From an uncultured delta proteobacterium (lineage in GTDB: Bacteria > Myxococcota > Kuafuiibacteriia > Kuafuiibacteriales > Kuafuiibacteriaceae), in NCBI GenBank assembly GCA_963803435.1, contig CAWDML010000008.1, forward strand, positions 448,001 to 512,000: 64,000 bases of DNA, given 5' to 3'. Numbering within the stretch: position 1 is the first letter of the stretch; each line of letters starts with the position of its first letter. Positions 17,688 to 29,084 of this stretch are shown piece by piece. Under the pieces are notes generated by a model. That model did no database searches. It was not told the DNA's origin and was given only the letters and a program-made list of their open reading frames with translations. A program made the translations under genes and the position numbers.

Positions 17688-18354
17688 ACGCCGCTCGCAG
17701 CTTCTCGCGTCCGCCGGTCTCCACCACCTCACCGTGGGCCAGCGTGATGCGATCGAAGTCCCACTCGAGGATCCGATCCATCGAGGCCCGGACCGCCGGC
17801 TTGTCACGAAAACAGAAGCGGACGATGCGATGAGGCCCGAAGCGACCGGCCGCGCCGACGAACCAGTAGAAGATGCGGGCGCCCTGCGTCCGATCCTTCG
17901 GCACGTTGAAGACCAGATCGGTCAAGAGGAGCGTTCGGCTGGCCACGTGGAAGAAGGCGACCTCGTTCATCGCCGGCGCGCCGCGGACCCAGACCTGCTC
18001 GAGCTGGCCTCGCCAGAGCTCGGGTGCCTCGTCGTCGAGCACGCCGGTGAAGGCGACGTCCTTCCGCTTCCGGTCGAGGCCCTTCGGGCCGTAGATCGCA
18101 GCGGAGGGATAGGCGGTCGCGTAGTCGCTGATGAAGAGGTGGTGCAGGAGACAGGGTGCGACGATCGCGCGCACCTCGCCGAGGGCGTCGAGGGCCTCCT
18201 TGGTCTCGGCGTCGAGCCGGACCGGTGAATGGACGAAGAGCCCCCCGTTCGCGAGTCGGACGATGGTCATGCGGGCTCCGACGTCGCCCACCGGGAGTGG
18301 GAGCGGCCGGTCGGCGACGTAGAGGTCCGGGGCCAGAGATCGCAGGGCGCTCAC
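17662..18354 (-). CDS. DUF4336-like protein
   Basis: RMTIVRLANGGLFVHSP, IVAPxxxHHLF, EVAFFHxxSRTLLLTDL and WDFDRIxxAHG motifs. Confidence 0.85.
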   Translation of the reverse strand: MSALRSLAPDLYVADRPLPLPVGDVGARMTIVRLANGGLFVHSPVRLDAETKEALDALGEVRAIVAPCLLHHLFISDYATAYPSAAIYGPKGLDRKRKDVAFTGVLDDEAPELWRGQLEQVWVRGAPAMNEVAFFHVASRTLLLTDLVFNVPKDRTQGARIFYWFVGAAGRFGPHRIVRFCFRDKPAVRASMDRILEWDFDRITLAHGEVVETGGREKLRAAFSFLPAAK

Positions 18355-18363
18355 CGGCTCGGT

Positions 18364-19599
18364 CTACCGCGATGCGGCCGTGGACGACAATGCGGTCCGC
18401 GCACGAGCGCCGCTCCAGTCGGCGGCCAGCCGGAGGAGGTCGACGTGGAGACGCTCGGCCTGGGGCCCCGCAGACGGCGTCCCACAGCGCGCCGACATCG
18501 AGGTGAGACGAGCGCGGGCGCCTTCGATCCGCGCCGCGACCTCGGGCGCGGGCGCCTCCGAAGCGATCGCCTCCATCACGCGGGCGATCGCGAGCCTGCA
18601 GATGGGCGCGTCGTCTCCGACGAGCACCAGGTACACGAAGCGATCGGCGAGCCTGATCGCGAGCGGGCGATCGTCTGCGGATGGGGTCACCGCGCCGACG
18701 GCCGAGAGATAGGCGGTGAGATCACGCGCGCCGTCGGGACCGAGCTCGAGCGCGAACGTTCGGTCGTACCAGGTGACGACGTCCTCGAGGCGAGCGTGGC
18801 GCCCGTCGTGGAAGTAGGGCGCGGTCTCGGCGAGGCCGAGGAGCGTGGGGGTCTCGACGCCGTCGTCGAACGCATCGGGGCCAGCGGCGCGGGCGGTCTG
18901 GTGGCGATGGATCAGACCGTCCCGAAAGTAGGCACTGGGCACGTGGCAGTCGGCGCAGGCCCGGCCGTCGAGGCCGCGGAAGCGCCGAAAGAAGATCGAC
19001 TCGCCGCGGTGCGCAGCCGCGGAGGCCGTGCGCCTCAAACGACCACGTCGATCCAGGAGTCGATTCGGGAGGAAGTCCAGCTCGCTCACGTAGCGGGTGA
19101 GAGCGGACAGGGCACGGTCGGCCAGCGGCGGGCCGCCGAGCTCGTCGGTGACGACCTGGGCGATGAAACGATCGAGCGACTGAATCCGTCCGTCGTGCCC
19201 GTAGGGGGCGGTGTAGCGCGCGCCGCGAAGCGAGGGGATGTTGATCGCGTCCGCCTCGCCGTCGTCGTGCGGGTGAAAGAAGTCGCTGGTGAGATCGACG
19301 TTGCCTGGACGATCGCTGAGGCCGGGCACCGCCAGCGATCGGTGCGCCGCTCCGTTCGGGTGGCAGGTGTCGCACGAGACACCCAGGCCCCCGGCCTTGG
19401 CGCCGAGGATCTCCGGCGAGTGGTAGAGCAGGTCGCCGAGCACGAGATCGAGCGACCGGCGGGCCCGTCCCGGTCCGTAGCCGTCCGGGTGGCGTGCGAG
19501 CGTCCGCAGGCGTCGGGCCGGCGCCGGTGACAGCGGAACGAATCCTGCCGGGGGAGGCGCGCTTGCGAGCAGAAGCGCGATCGGGATCGCGACCGGCAT
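18364..19599 (-). CDS. Di-heme cytochrome c peroxidase/MauG-like protein
   Basis: Two CxxCH motifs (CDTCH, CADCH), plus PSLRG...TAPYGHDG and TPTLLG...TAPYFHDG. Confidence 0.85.
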   Translation of the reverse strand: MPVAIPIALLLASAPPPAGFVPLSPAPARRLRTLARHPDGYGPGRARRSLDLVLGDLLYHSPEILGAKAGGLGVSCDTCHPNGAAHRSLAVPGLSDRPGNVDLTSDFFHPHDDGEADAINIPSLRGARYTAPYGHDGRIQSLDRFIAQVVTDELGGPPLADRALSALTRYVSELDFLPNRLLDRRGRLRRTASAAAHRGESIFFRRFRGLDGRACADCHVPSAYFRDGLIHRHQTARAAGPDAFDDGVETPTLLGLAETAPYFHDGRHARLEDVVTWYDRTFALELGPDGARDLTAYLSAVGAVTPSADDRPLAIRLADRFVYLVLVGDDAPICRLAIARVMEAIASEAPAPEVAARIEGARARLTSMSARCGTPSAGPQAERLHVDLLRLAADWSGARARTALSSTAASR

Positions 19600-19603
19600 C
19601 GGC

Positions 19604-20245
19604 TCAGAGGGGAGTCAGCTCCGTGCGGGCCTCGATCACCGTGGTGATCGGCGCTTCGACCACGACCATCTTCGACATGAGCCGGGTCTCCGTGTTCGCG
19701 TCGCTCGGCACCACCCGGCCGGAGCCGTCCTTGAGCGCGCCGAAGGTCACCCGGAAGCCGTAGCGTTTGCCGTCCTGGGCGCGGGCGCTTCCCGTGAACT
19801 CGACGTACATGTCGGCCTTCTTCACCTGATCCTGGTCGAAGGTGATGGGCGACCCGGGGCCGGCGGGCTGCGCGTAGCCTTCCAGCCCGACGCTCACCTT
19901 GGTCTCGAGCGCTTCGATCGTGACCTCTCCGACGCCCGAGATCGTCCCGGTCGCCGGCTTGGCGAGGTGTGACGTGAAGCGATACTCGCCCCCTCTCTCG
20001 GGCCCGAGGAGGGTGGCGGTGCCGTCGACGATCGGGCTGACCGCGACGTCGAAGGAGAGGCCGGCGCCGCTCTTCATGATGAGCGTCTGGGCGCCGTCGC
20101 GGTCCCAGTCGATCGTGCAGTGCAGCTCGGCGTCGCCGAGGAGGACCGCGGGCGGGTCGTGGGGCGCGCTCTCTTCCACGCCGCCGCTCTTGCAGGCCGG
20201 GGCCAGCAAGAGGGCGATCAGCCCGAGCGATGGACCCATTCTCAT
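19604..20245 (-). CDS. Hypothetical lipoprotein
   Basis: MRMGPSLGLIALLLAPAC lipobox and a beta-rich body. Confidence 0.7.
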   Translation of the reverse strand: MRMGPSLGLIALLLAPACKSGGVEESAPHDPPAVLLGDAELHCTIDWDRDGAQTLIMKSGAGLSFDVAVSPIVDGTATLLGPERGGEYRFTSHLAKPATGTISGVGEVTIEALETKVSVGLEGYAQPAGPGSPITFDQDQVKKADMYVEFTGSARAQDGKRYGFRVTFGALKDGSGRVVPSDANTETRLMSKMVVVEAPITTVIEARTELTPL

Positions 20246-20679
20246 CGAATCGAGAGCAGACGCGATCGGAGGCGGCCGCGCAATCGTCCGGGTGGCAGTG
20301 GATGATCCGGGCCGGTCCCGGATGTTGGGCTCGCATGTTCTCGGCGCTGTTCTGTTGCTGTCCCTTGGCACCGGGCTTCGCGTCCGTTGCAGAGGGCGTC
20401 GAGCACGCCGCGCTGCCGCTGACACCGAAGCCGGCGATCGGCGACGGCCAGCTCCACGTGGTGCGGATCGATCTGGACCTGTGCGGAAGCGACGAGACCG
20501 GGTTCAACGAGAACGACGACAACCCTCGGCAATGGCCGTTGCCTAACGTTCTCGGCGTGGAGTGAAGCAAGCCGGCTCGATCTGAAGGCGTCTAAAATCG
20601 AGCACGGGCATCGGTCATCAGACCAAAACTGCCAGGATACACGTGACGGCGGGGGTCCGTTCGATCCATCGATCGAGCC

Positions 20680-21888
20680 ATGCGGACGGTGAATCTTCGA
20701 GCACCCGCGATCGCGACGATGTTCACGCTCGGCTTGTTCGCGTCATCGGGATGCACCGAGGGAGGCGCCGGGCTGGGCGATCCGGACTCGGGCGTTGCGG
20801 TCGAGCCGGACGCGAGCACCGGCTACGACGCCAAACCGATCGAGGACGCGGCGCTCGAGGATCCGAACCCCGACGCGGCGGTCGAGGTCGACGCGGGGCT
20901 CGAGACCGACGCGGGGCTCGAGGCTGACGCCGCGACGCCAGATGCAGAGCCGGCGGACGCGGATGCTCCGGACGCCGAGGCCCCCGACGCCGGCGCGCCC
21001 GACGATGCCGGCGTTGCGGACGGCGGTGCGCCGGCGGGGCAGATCCAGACGGTGTTCCTCATCATCATGGAGAACCACAACTGGTCGGACATCTCGGGCA
21101 ACACCACGGACGCGCCGTACATCAACGACACCCTTCTACCGATGTCCGCGCACGCGGAGGGCTACACCGGCAACGCGCACCCGAGCGAGCCGAACTACGT
21201 CTGGTTGGTGGCCGGACGCCGGCTCGGCATCTACACCGACAGCGCGCCGGCGACGAATCACCAGGCGACGCACGAGCACCTGGCGTACCTGCTGGATCAA
21301 GCCGGGGTGACCTGGCGGGAGTACGCCGAGGACATCACCGGCACCGAGTGTCCGCTCACCGACATCGGAGGCTACCGTCCGAAGCACAACCCGTTCGTGT
21401 TCTTCGACGACCTCACCGGGAGCAACGATCCCAACGACGCCGATTGCATCGCCCACAACCGGCCGTACTCCGAGCTGGCCGGCGACCTCCAGCAGAACAG
21501 CGTGGCCCGCTTCAACTTCCTCACGCCCAACCTCTGCAACGACATGCACGACGACTGCGACACCAACGGCCTGCAGCAGGGCGACCTCTGGTTGTCGGAG
21601 AACATCCCGATGATCATGAGCTCGCCCGCGTACCAGAACAACGGCGTCATCATCATCACCTGGGACGAATCGGAGTTCTCGCTGACGCACTGTCCGCTGG
21701 CGAACTGCTCGATCGGGATGATCGTGATCTCGCCGCTCGCCAAGGTCGCGTACAGCAACAGCACCTCCTACGATCACAGCTCGACGCTCAAGTCGTTGCA
21801 GGAGATCTTCGGCGTGACGCCGCTCCTGGGCGCTGCTGCCGACACCGGCACCTCGGACCTGTCGGATCTCTTCCTGACGTTTCCTTGA
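20680..21888 (+). CDS. Phosphoesterase/acid phosphatase-family lipoprotein
   Basis: VFLIIMENH, HPSEPNY, KHNPF, PNLCNDMHD, ITWDE and YDHSS motifs, after a lipobox and acidic DAG linker. Confidence 0.9.
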   Translation: MRTVNLRAPAIATMFTLGLFASSGCTEGGAGLGDPDSGVAVEPDASTGYDAKPIEDAALEDPNPDAAVEVDAGLETDAGLEADAATPDAEPADADAPDAEAPDAGAPDDAGVADGGAPAGQIQTVFLIIMENHNWSDISGNTTDAPYINDTLLPMSAHAEGYTGNAHPSEPNYVWLVAGRRLGIYTDSAPATNHQATHEHLAYLLDQAGVTWREYAEDITGTECPLTDIGGYRPKHNPFVFFDDLTGSNDPNDADCIAHNRPYSELAGDLQQNSVARFNFLTPNLCNDMHDDCDTNGLQQGDLWLSENIPMIMSSPAYQNNGVIIITWDESEFSLTHCPLANCSIGMIVISPLAKVAYSNSTSYDHSSTLKSLQEIFGVTPLLGAAADTGTSDLSDLFLTFP

Positions 21889-21894
21889 GCCCGC

Positions 21895-23481
21895 TCAGTG
21901 ACAGTCGAACAGGCCGAGAGGACCCGACGCGTAGAACGACTCGATCACCTGGGCGATCGAGTCCGGTGAGACGGCGCCGGCGGGCGTGTCCTCCCAGCAT
22001 GCCGTGGCGGTCGAGCCGCAGACGGGCAGATCGAAGCAGTTGGGTGGGACGTCGATCATCGAGCGCATGATGGCCGGCTCGCCGTAGGAGGGGATGCCTC
22101 CGATCAGCACCAGCTTCACGTTTTGCGGCCGAACCTCCAGCACGCTCGTGTACGGGTCCTCGGGATCGCCGTCGACGACCAGCACGTCGGCGAGCTTACC
22201 GACCTCCAGCGTGCCCACGTCGCCGTCGATCGCCATGTGCTTCGCGGCCAGGCTCGTGATCATCTCGAGATACCGCTGCTCGGTGAACGTGCCCGGCCAG
22301 CGGGTGGCCACCAGCTGGCGGGCGTAGCGAGCCTCGTGGAGCGGGTCGTCCTCGCCGGAGGGTGTCCAGTCGGGCGCCAGCGAGATCGAGACGCCGGCCG
22401 CGAGGGCGGCGGGGACGTCGAGTGTCTCGCCATAGAGCGTCATGTTGGAGGAGGGCGACCAGATGATCGGCGCGCCCGCCGCCGCCACCATCTCGAAGTC
22501 GGTGCCGGTGAGCGCGGTCCCATGGATGATCTTGGTCTCGGAGCGGAGCAGACCAAACATCACGAGATCGTCGAACTCGTCGTGGGCGCGCGTCGAGATC
22601 CCCTCGGCGAGATGGATCATGTAGGCGTTGACCGCTCCGGAGTCCATGTCCGCGATCAGCGCGGCCGCCGAGGTCGCGTTGAGCTGGCCGACCCCGAGCG
22701 TGTTGGTGCGCATCCGATCGGCGGCGAATCCGTTGTAGCCGCTGCTCAGCTCCGGGTTGCGCACCAACCAGCGGAAGCAGGTCCGCGCCTGAGGCGCGCC
22801 CAGTGCCGTAGTGACGCCATTGACCAGCTCCCGAAGCTCGCCCCACTGCACCATCGCGCAGAAGCTCGCCGCATCGTTCTTGTTCATCGAGTACGGCGCG
22901 GTGAAGGCGTCGTAGGCGGCGTCGTTCTGCCAGTCGGTGTGATCGACGAACATCACTCCCGGCGTCCACTCCGGGAGCCAGTTGTAAGCGAGGTGGTTGT
23001 GCGGATCGACGAGGCCGGGGAGGATCAGGGCGCCGGTGTCGATGATCGAGGCGCCGGCTGCCTGCTGGGTGCAGTCGCCGACCGAGCCGGTGCACGCGAC
23101 GCGACCGTTCTCGAGGTAGACCTCACCGGGGACGATCGGAGCGCTCGCCATGGTGAGCACGGCGCTTCCGCGCAGGAGGATCTTTCCGGGGTCGCCCGGC
23201 GTCACGACCGAAGCATCTCCGGTGGAGGCATCGCGGAAGCCCGCGTCCGGAGGCGGGGGAAGGCCGGTGTCGCGCGGACCGGAGTCCGGAGGCGTCACCG
23301 TGCCCGAGTCCTCCAAGGGCTCGCCCGCGTCCTTGGCCGGCCCGCCGTCCACCCGGGGCAGACAGTAGACGCCGACGCGCTCCTGATCAGGGGGACAGCT
23401 TCCGTCATCGCCGCCGCCGGGCTGGCAGCCGGCGACCGCGACGGCGACCGCGAGGGCGACCGAACGCATGGAGACGAGCAT
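21895..23481 (-). CDS. Amidohydrolase-family lipoprotein
   Basis: ILPGLVDPHNH, IHLAEG, IIHG, WSPSSN, LAPDW and GTLEVGKLAD motifs. Confidence 0.88.
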   Translation of the reverse strand: MLVSMRSVALAVAVAVAGCQPGGGDDGSCPPDQERVGVYCLPRVDGGPAKDAGEPLEDSGTVTPPDSGPRDTGLPPPPDAGFRDASTGDASVVTPGDPGKILLRGSAVLTMASAPIVPGEVYLENGRVACTGSVGDCTQQAAGASIIDTGALILPGLVDPHNHLAYNWLPEWTPGVMFVDHTDWQNDAAYDAFTAPYSMNKNDAASFCAMVQWGELRELVNGVTTALGAPQARTCFRWLVRNPELSSGYNGFAADRMRTNTLGVGQLNATSAAALIADMDSGAVNAYMIHLAEGISTRAHDEFDDLVMFGLLRSETKIIHGTALTGTDFEMVAAAGAPIIWSPSSNMTLYGETLDVPAALAAGVSISLAPDWTPSGEDDPLHEARYARQLVATRWPGTFTEQRYLEMITSLAAKHMAIDGDVGTLEVGKLADVLVVDGDPEDPYTSVLEVRPQNVKLVLIGGIPSYGEPAIMRSMIDVPPNCFDLPVCGSTATACWEDTPAGAVSPDSIAQVIESFYASGPLGLFDCH

Positions 23482-23624
23482 AGCAGGTACGCAACGGTAT
23501 TCGTGAGGGCGCGAGGTCGGGCGACGGCCGGATGAAGTCCGGCGATCGTCGTCTTGCGACGTCTCTACCTTTCAGCATCCGCCGAGGACGGCCACACCGA
23601 GAGGCTGAGAACCGGCCCTAAACC

Positions 23625-23705
23625 GTTCCAGCTCATCCGTGAGGATATGCCGCTTCACGCCGGACTTGGCGCGATCGGTGGGATTGGTCCCGCTGCGCAC
23701 CATGG
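23625..23705 (-). pseudogene. IS5-family transposase internal fragment
   Basis: GTNPTDRAKSGVKRHILTD resembles the conserved IS5 segment G.NPTDR.K.G.KR..LTD. Confidence 0.6.
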
Positions 23706-23847
23706 CTGGAACCGAGCGTGACACGTCGACCCAGCCGGTCCGAAAACCTCCGGACCGTTCCGCGTTTCCTGTTTCGCTCGTTCTGCTCATTCGCTATTCA
23801 AAGCGGCCGTTGTTGCATCGTGCTCGATCGAGTGTTCTGCAGAGTCG

Positions 23848-24115
23848 ATGCAGGCAAGATTCGCAAGTCTTCCGGACGCCCTGTGGAAACGCATTGAGCC
23901 GTGACTCCCGAAGCGAGGTCCAAGGCCGCGGGGAGGTCGCCCGCGGGTTGCGGATCGCGTCGTGATGGCAGGTATCGTCTATCGCCTTCGGACAGGGTGC
24001 CAGTGGAAGGCTTTGCCGCGCGAGTTCAGCTCCGGTTCGACGTGCCACAGTCGATTCGCGGCATGGTGCGCAGCAGGGATCTTCACCGCGATCTTCGCTG
24101 AGCTGCTGCGGTACT
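23848..24115 (+). pseudogene. IS5-family transposase N-terminal half (DUF4096-like), nonsense-interrupted and truncated
   Basis: LPDALWKRIEP*LP...GGRPRVADR...GIVYRLRTGCQWKALPREF..GSTCHSRFAAW...GIF, with in-frame TGA at 23902-23904. Confidence 0.85.
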
Positions 24116-24796
24116 GTAACAACGCAACCACCCCACCGGCTCTCGATACGGGTCCTTCTCGCTGACCGATTGCAGCTTCTCGTCGAGCGCACGCTGCCGT
24201 TCCTCGAGGCTCTCGATCACCTGGAGATAGTGGTCGAACACCGTTTGGTCGGCCTCGTGCTCGAAACGCAGGGTGCGAAGCCACTGGCGGTGCTTCTGAG
24301 TCCAGGCCTTGCCGCCGAACAGGAGAGCGCCCCTCAGCAGCAGTTTGCCCAGGCGATGCCGAGCTCTCTGGAGGTCTTCGCGAACGTCTTCACGGCAGCG
24401 GCAAAGATCCCGCACCGCCTCCTCCGCCTCGTTCGGCGGATGTACCTCCGTCAGCGTCCCCGCACGCAGGTACTCTGCCAGCTTCTTCGCGTCCCGTCGA
24501 TCGGTCTTGATGCGCTCACCCGGCTTCACAGGAATCAGCGACGGCGCCACGACCTTGCACCTCACCTCCGCCGCCTGGAACTGCCGCTGCAGCGCGTAGC
24601 CGCAAGGCCCAGCTTCATAGGCGACCACCAGCTCGCCGACTGCCTCCTTCTTCAGCTGCTTGATCAAGCGCTTCACCGCCTTTTGCTGGTTCGGCTCCCG
24701 CCACTGGAGCGCACCCTCACGATCTGGATGAAGCACGCAGACGTCGATGAAGTTCTTCGATGTATCCAGTCCGACGAAAGTGGTAGCTTGCTGCAC
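24115..24796 (-). pseudogene. IS110-family transposase, C-terminally truncated
   Basis: FVGLDTSK, AYEAGPCGY and RIKTDRRDA (DEDD RuvC-like domain). Similarity ends at GWLRC, where it abuts the IS5 remnant. Confidence 0.9.
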
Positions 24797-25003
24797 GACC
24801 GGCCTCCTTCGTATGCGGCTCTGGCGTTTCCGGACGCCAACCCGCGATGGGGCAGCAGCTGTTGCAACCCCGCTTTTGCGAACGGGTCCGGTCCTATTCT
24901 TCTTCCTGCCTACACGCGCCTGCGACTCTTTGGACTTCCCTTGTGGTACGACCGCTCTCCTCCGCCGGCCTCGCGACCGGGCGCAGTCGTTCCATATGGT
25001 CTA
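24115..25003 (-). mobile_element. Partial IS110 element including ~200-bp upstream non-coding end
   Basis: Transposase remnant plus a non-coding, hairpin-capable stretch 24797-25000 that ends at TAGACCATATG (minus strand). The outer boundary is inferred. Confidence 0.65.
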
Positions 25004-25597
25004 AGCGTCGTCCCCGATCTGGATGCTCCTCTGGTAGTCGATCGGGATGAGGAGGCGCTCGTAGATCTCGGCGTCGGCCTTCAGGAAGCAGCAAAAGATC
25101 ACCTTCTCGGGGAGCTCCGACTGCTCGAGGAACGCGCGCACGTGCCCGATCGCGATCCGCGCGGCCCGCTCCTGCGGGAAGCCGTAGACGCCGGTGCTGA
25201 TGCACGGGAAGGCGAGGGAGCGAACGCGGTGCTCGGCCGCCACCTCGAGCGCGCGCTGGTAGCAGCTGGCGAGCTGGTTGTCCTCGAGCCGGTAGCCGAG
25301 CGGCTCGCTGCCGGTCGCACAGGGGTCGCAGCCCCAGACGGGACCGACCGCGTGGATGATGTGCGCGATCCCGCGCGCCTCCAGATCGAACGCCGGCGTG
25401 ATCGCGACCTCGCCCGTGGGACAGCCGCCCAGCGTTCGGTTGTGCGCGAGGAGGCGAGGGCCGGCCCCGCGGTGGATCGCGCCGTCGACACCTCCTCCGC
25501 CCAAGAGGCTCTCGTTCGCCGCGTTCACGATGGCGTCGACGGCGAGGCCGGTGATGTCGCCGATCGCCACCTCGACGCGCTCCGCGAATGAAAGCAT
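25001..25597 (-). CDS. Macro domain protein (O-acetyl-ADP-ribose deacetylase, YmdB-like)
   Basis: GDIT...DAIVNAANESLLGGGGVDGAIHR...IIHAVGPVW...AFPCISTGVYGFP. Confidence 0.93.
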   Translation of the reverse strand: MLSFAERVEVAIGDITGLAVDAIVNAANESLLGGGGVDGAIHRGAGPRLLAHNRTLGGCPTGEVAITPAFDLEARGIAHIIHAVGPVWGCDPCATGSEPLGYRLEDNQLASCYQRALEVAAEHRVRSLAFPCISTGVYGFPQERAARIAIGHVRAFLEQSELPEKVIFCCFLKADAEIYERLLIPIDYQRSIQIGDDA

Positions 25598-25667
25598 GCG
25601 GCGAATCAAGCACGCTCACCCCCCGGGTGTCGAGCCGCCGCCGCCCATGCTAGGGATCCGCGGCCAC

Positions 25668-26498
25668 ATGATTCGAGAGTGGGTGAAGTCGGTGCTCAGC
25701 ACGCCCGAGATCGAGTCGGCGCTCGAGCGCCTCGATCTCGGCGGCGACGACTACGACCCTTGGGGCTTCGGCAAGGACGAGAGTCGCGGGCTCGTCTCGG
25801 CTGCGCACTGGATCTACAAGTACTTCCGCCCCGTAATCCACGGGGTCGAGCACGTGGGCGAGGGCCGCGTCTTGATCGTGGCCAACCACTCCGGGCAGCT
25901 GCCGTTCGATGGCCTGGTCGCGGCGGTCGCGTGCCTGATCGAAGGGAAGCCGCCGCGGATCGTCCGCGCCATGGTGGAGCGCTGGGTGCCGACGCTCCCG
26001 TTCATCAACGTCGCGTTCAGCCGCGGCGGAGCCGTCCTCGGCGATCCGATCAACTGCCAGCACCTGCTCGAGGCCGGCAACGCGATCCTCGTCTTCCCGG
26101 AGGGTGCCAAGGGCAGCGGCAAGACTTGGGACCAGCGCTACCGGCTGGTCGAGTTCGGGCGCGGCTTCATGCGGCTGGCGCTCCAGACGAAGACTCCGAT
26201 CGTTCCGGTGGCGGTGATCGGCGGCGAGGAGTCCATCATCAGCCTGCACAACGCCAAGTCGATCGCGAGGATCTTCGGGATGCCGTACTTTCCGATCCCG
26301 GCCCTCCTGCCGGTGCTTGGGCCGCTCGCGTTCCTGCCGTTGCCCACGCGGTTCTACCTGCACTTCGGCGAGCGCATGCAGTTCTCCGGGCCGTTCGACG
26401 ACGAAGACGAGGCGATCGACCGCAAGGTGCAAGAGGTGAAGGATCGCCTGCAGTCGATGATCGACCAGGGGCTGCGGGAGCGGCCGTCGGTCTTCTGA
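25668..26498 (+). CDS. Lysophospholipid acyltransferase (PlsC-like)
   Basis: VANHSGQLPFD (HxxxxD-like), VFPEG, GFMRLAL and PIVPV motifs. Confidence 0.9.
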   Translation: MIREWVKSVLSTPEIESALERLDLGGDDYDPWGFGKDESRGLVSAAHWIYKYFRPVIHGVEHVGEGRVLIVANHSGQLPFDGLVAAVACLIEGKPPRIVRAMVERWVPTLPFINVAFSRGGAVLGDPINCQHLLEAGNAILVFPEGAKGSGKTWDQRYRLVEFGRGFMRLALQTKTPIVPVAVIGGEESIISLHNAKSIARIFGMPYFPIPALLPVLGPLAFLPLPTRFYLHFGERMQFSGPFDDEDEAIDRKVQEVKDRLQSMIDQGLRERPSVF

Positions 26499-26509
26499 GG
26501 TCACGAACG

Positions 26510-27427
26510 ATGCGCGCGCTGATCACCGGGATCGTGGGTGGCCTGGCCCGCATCACCGCCGGTGCCCTCCACGAGCGCGGCGCCGAGATCATCGGCATCG
26601 ACTACCGGCCGCTCACCCGGCCGCTCTCTCACCCGGCCGAGATCTATCGGGCGAACTACAACAAGACGAAGATCGAGGACGCCTTCCGCCGGCACAAGCC
26701 GACGCACGTCATTCATCTGGGACGGGTCGGCAACCTGAAGCAGACGGTCGAGAAGCGCTTCGACCTCAACGTCATCGGCAGCCGCAAGGTGATGGAGCTG
26801 TCGCTTCGCTACGGCGTCGAGCGGCTGATCGTGCTCTCTACGTTTCACATCTACGGCGCTCACCCGCACAACCACATCCCGATCTACGAGGAGGATCCGC
26901 TGCGGGCCGGCGCCGACTTCCCCCAGATCGCGGACGCGATCCAGCTCGACAACCAGGCGGTCGCCTGGATGTACCAGCACCAGGAGGTGAAGGTGGTGGT
27001 GCTGAGGCCGACCAACGTCGTCGGTCCCAACATCCAGAACGCCATGAGCTCGTTCCTCCGGAGCAAGCGAATCCCGGTGATCCTGGGCTTCGATCCGATG
27101 GTTCAGTTCATCCACGAGACCGATCTGGTCTCGGCGATCCTGACGGCGCTGGAGACCGAGGACCTGGGCGTCTTCAACGTGGCCGGGCTGGGGACGATCC
27201 CGTGGACGCGCGCGATCGACGTGGTGGGTCGGAAGACGCTGCCGGTGCCGACGACCATCGCCATCAACTACCTGCGCATGGCGGGGCTGGTCTCGGAGAG
27301 CCTCCCCCCATACATGGTCAACTTCCTCAAGTATCCCTGCGTCATCGGGGACGACGCCTTTCGGCGAACGTTCGGGTGGGCCCCGCAGATTTCTCAGGAG
27401 GAAGCGCTGCGCGCCACGGTATGGTAG
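26510..27427 (+). CDS. NAD-dependent epimerase/dehydratase
   Basis: MRALITGIVGGL, VIHL, NVIG, VLRP and QFIHETD motifs. Confidence 0.88.
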   Translation: MRALITGIVGGLARITAGALHERGAEIIGIDYRPLTRPLSHPAEIYRANYNKTKIEDAFRRHKPTHVIHLGRVGNLKQTVEKRFDLNVIGSRKVMELSLRYGVERLIVLSTFHIYGAHPHNHIPIYEEDPLRAGADFPQIADAIQLDNQAVAWMYQHQEVKVVVLRPTNVVGPNIQNAMSSFLRSKRIPVILGFDPMVQFIHETDLVSAILTALETEDLGVFNVAGLGTIPWTRAIDVVGRKTLPVPTTIAINYLRMAGLVSESLPPYMVNFLKYPCVIGDDAFRRTFGWAPQISQEEALRATVW

Positions 27428-27436
27428 GCGCTGCTG

Positions 27437-29020
<1,584 letters not shown>

Positions 29021-29084
29021 CGCGGTGACTACGAAGTCGGTCCGATTGCAGGCGTCACCCGGGAGTTGGTAGCACAGGCCCCGC

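Noticed and set aside
20230-20565. 111-aa + strand ORF
   Set aside because: No recognisable motifs or clear RBS; insufficient support.
20886-20930. 18-bp tandem repeat gacgcggggctcgag
   Set aside because: Coding DAG-linker repeat, common in these lipoproteins.
23902-23904. TGA recoding in the IS5 transposase
   Set aside because: The element is also truncated and other genes use TGA as stop, so this is a simple nonsense mutation.
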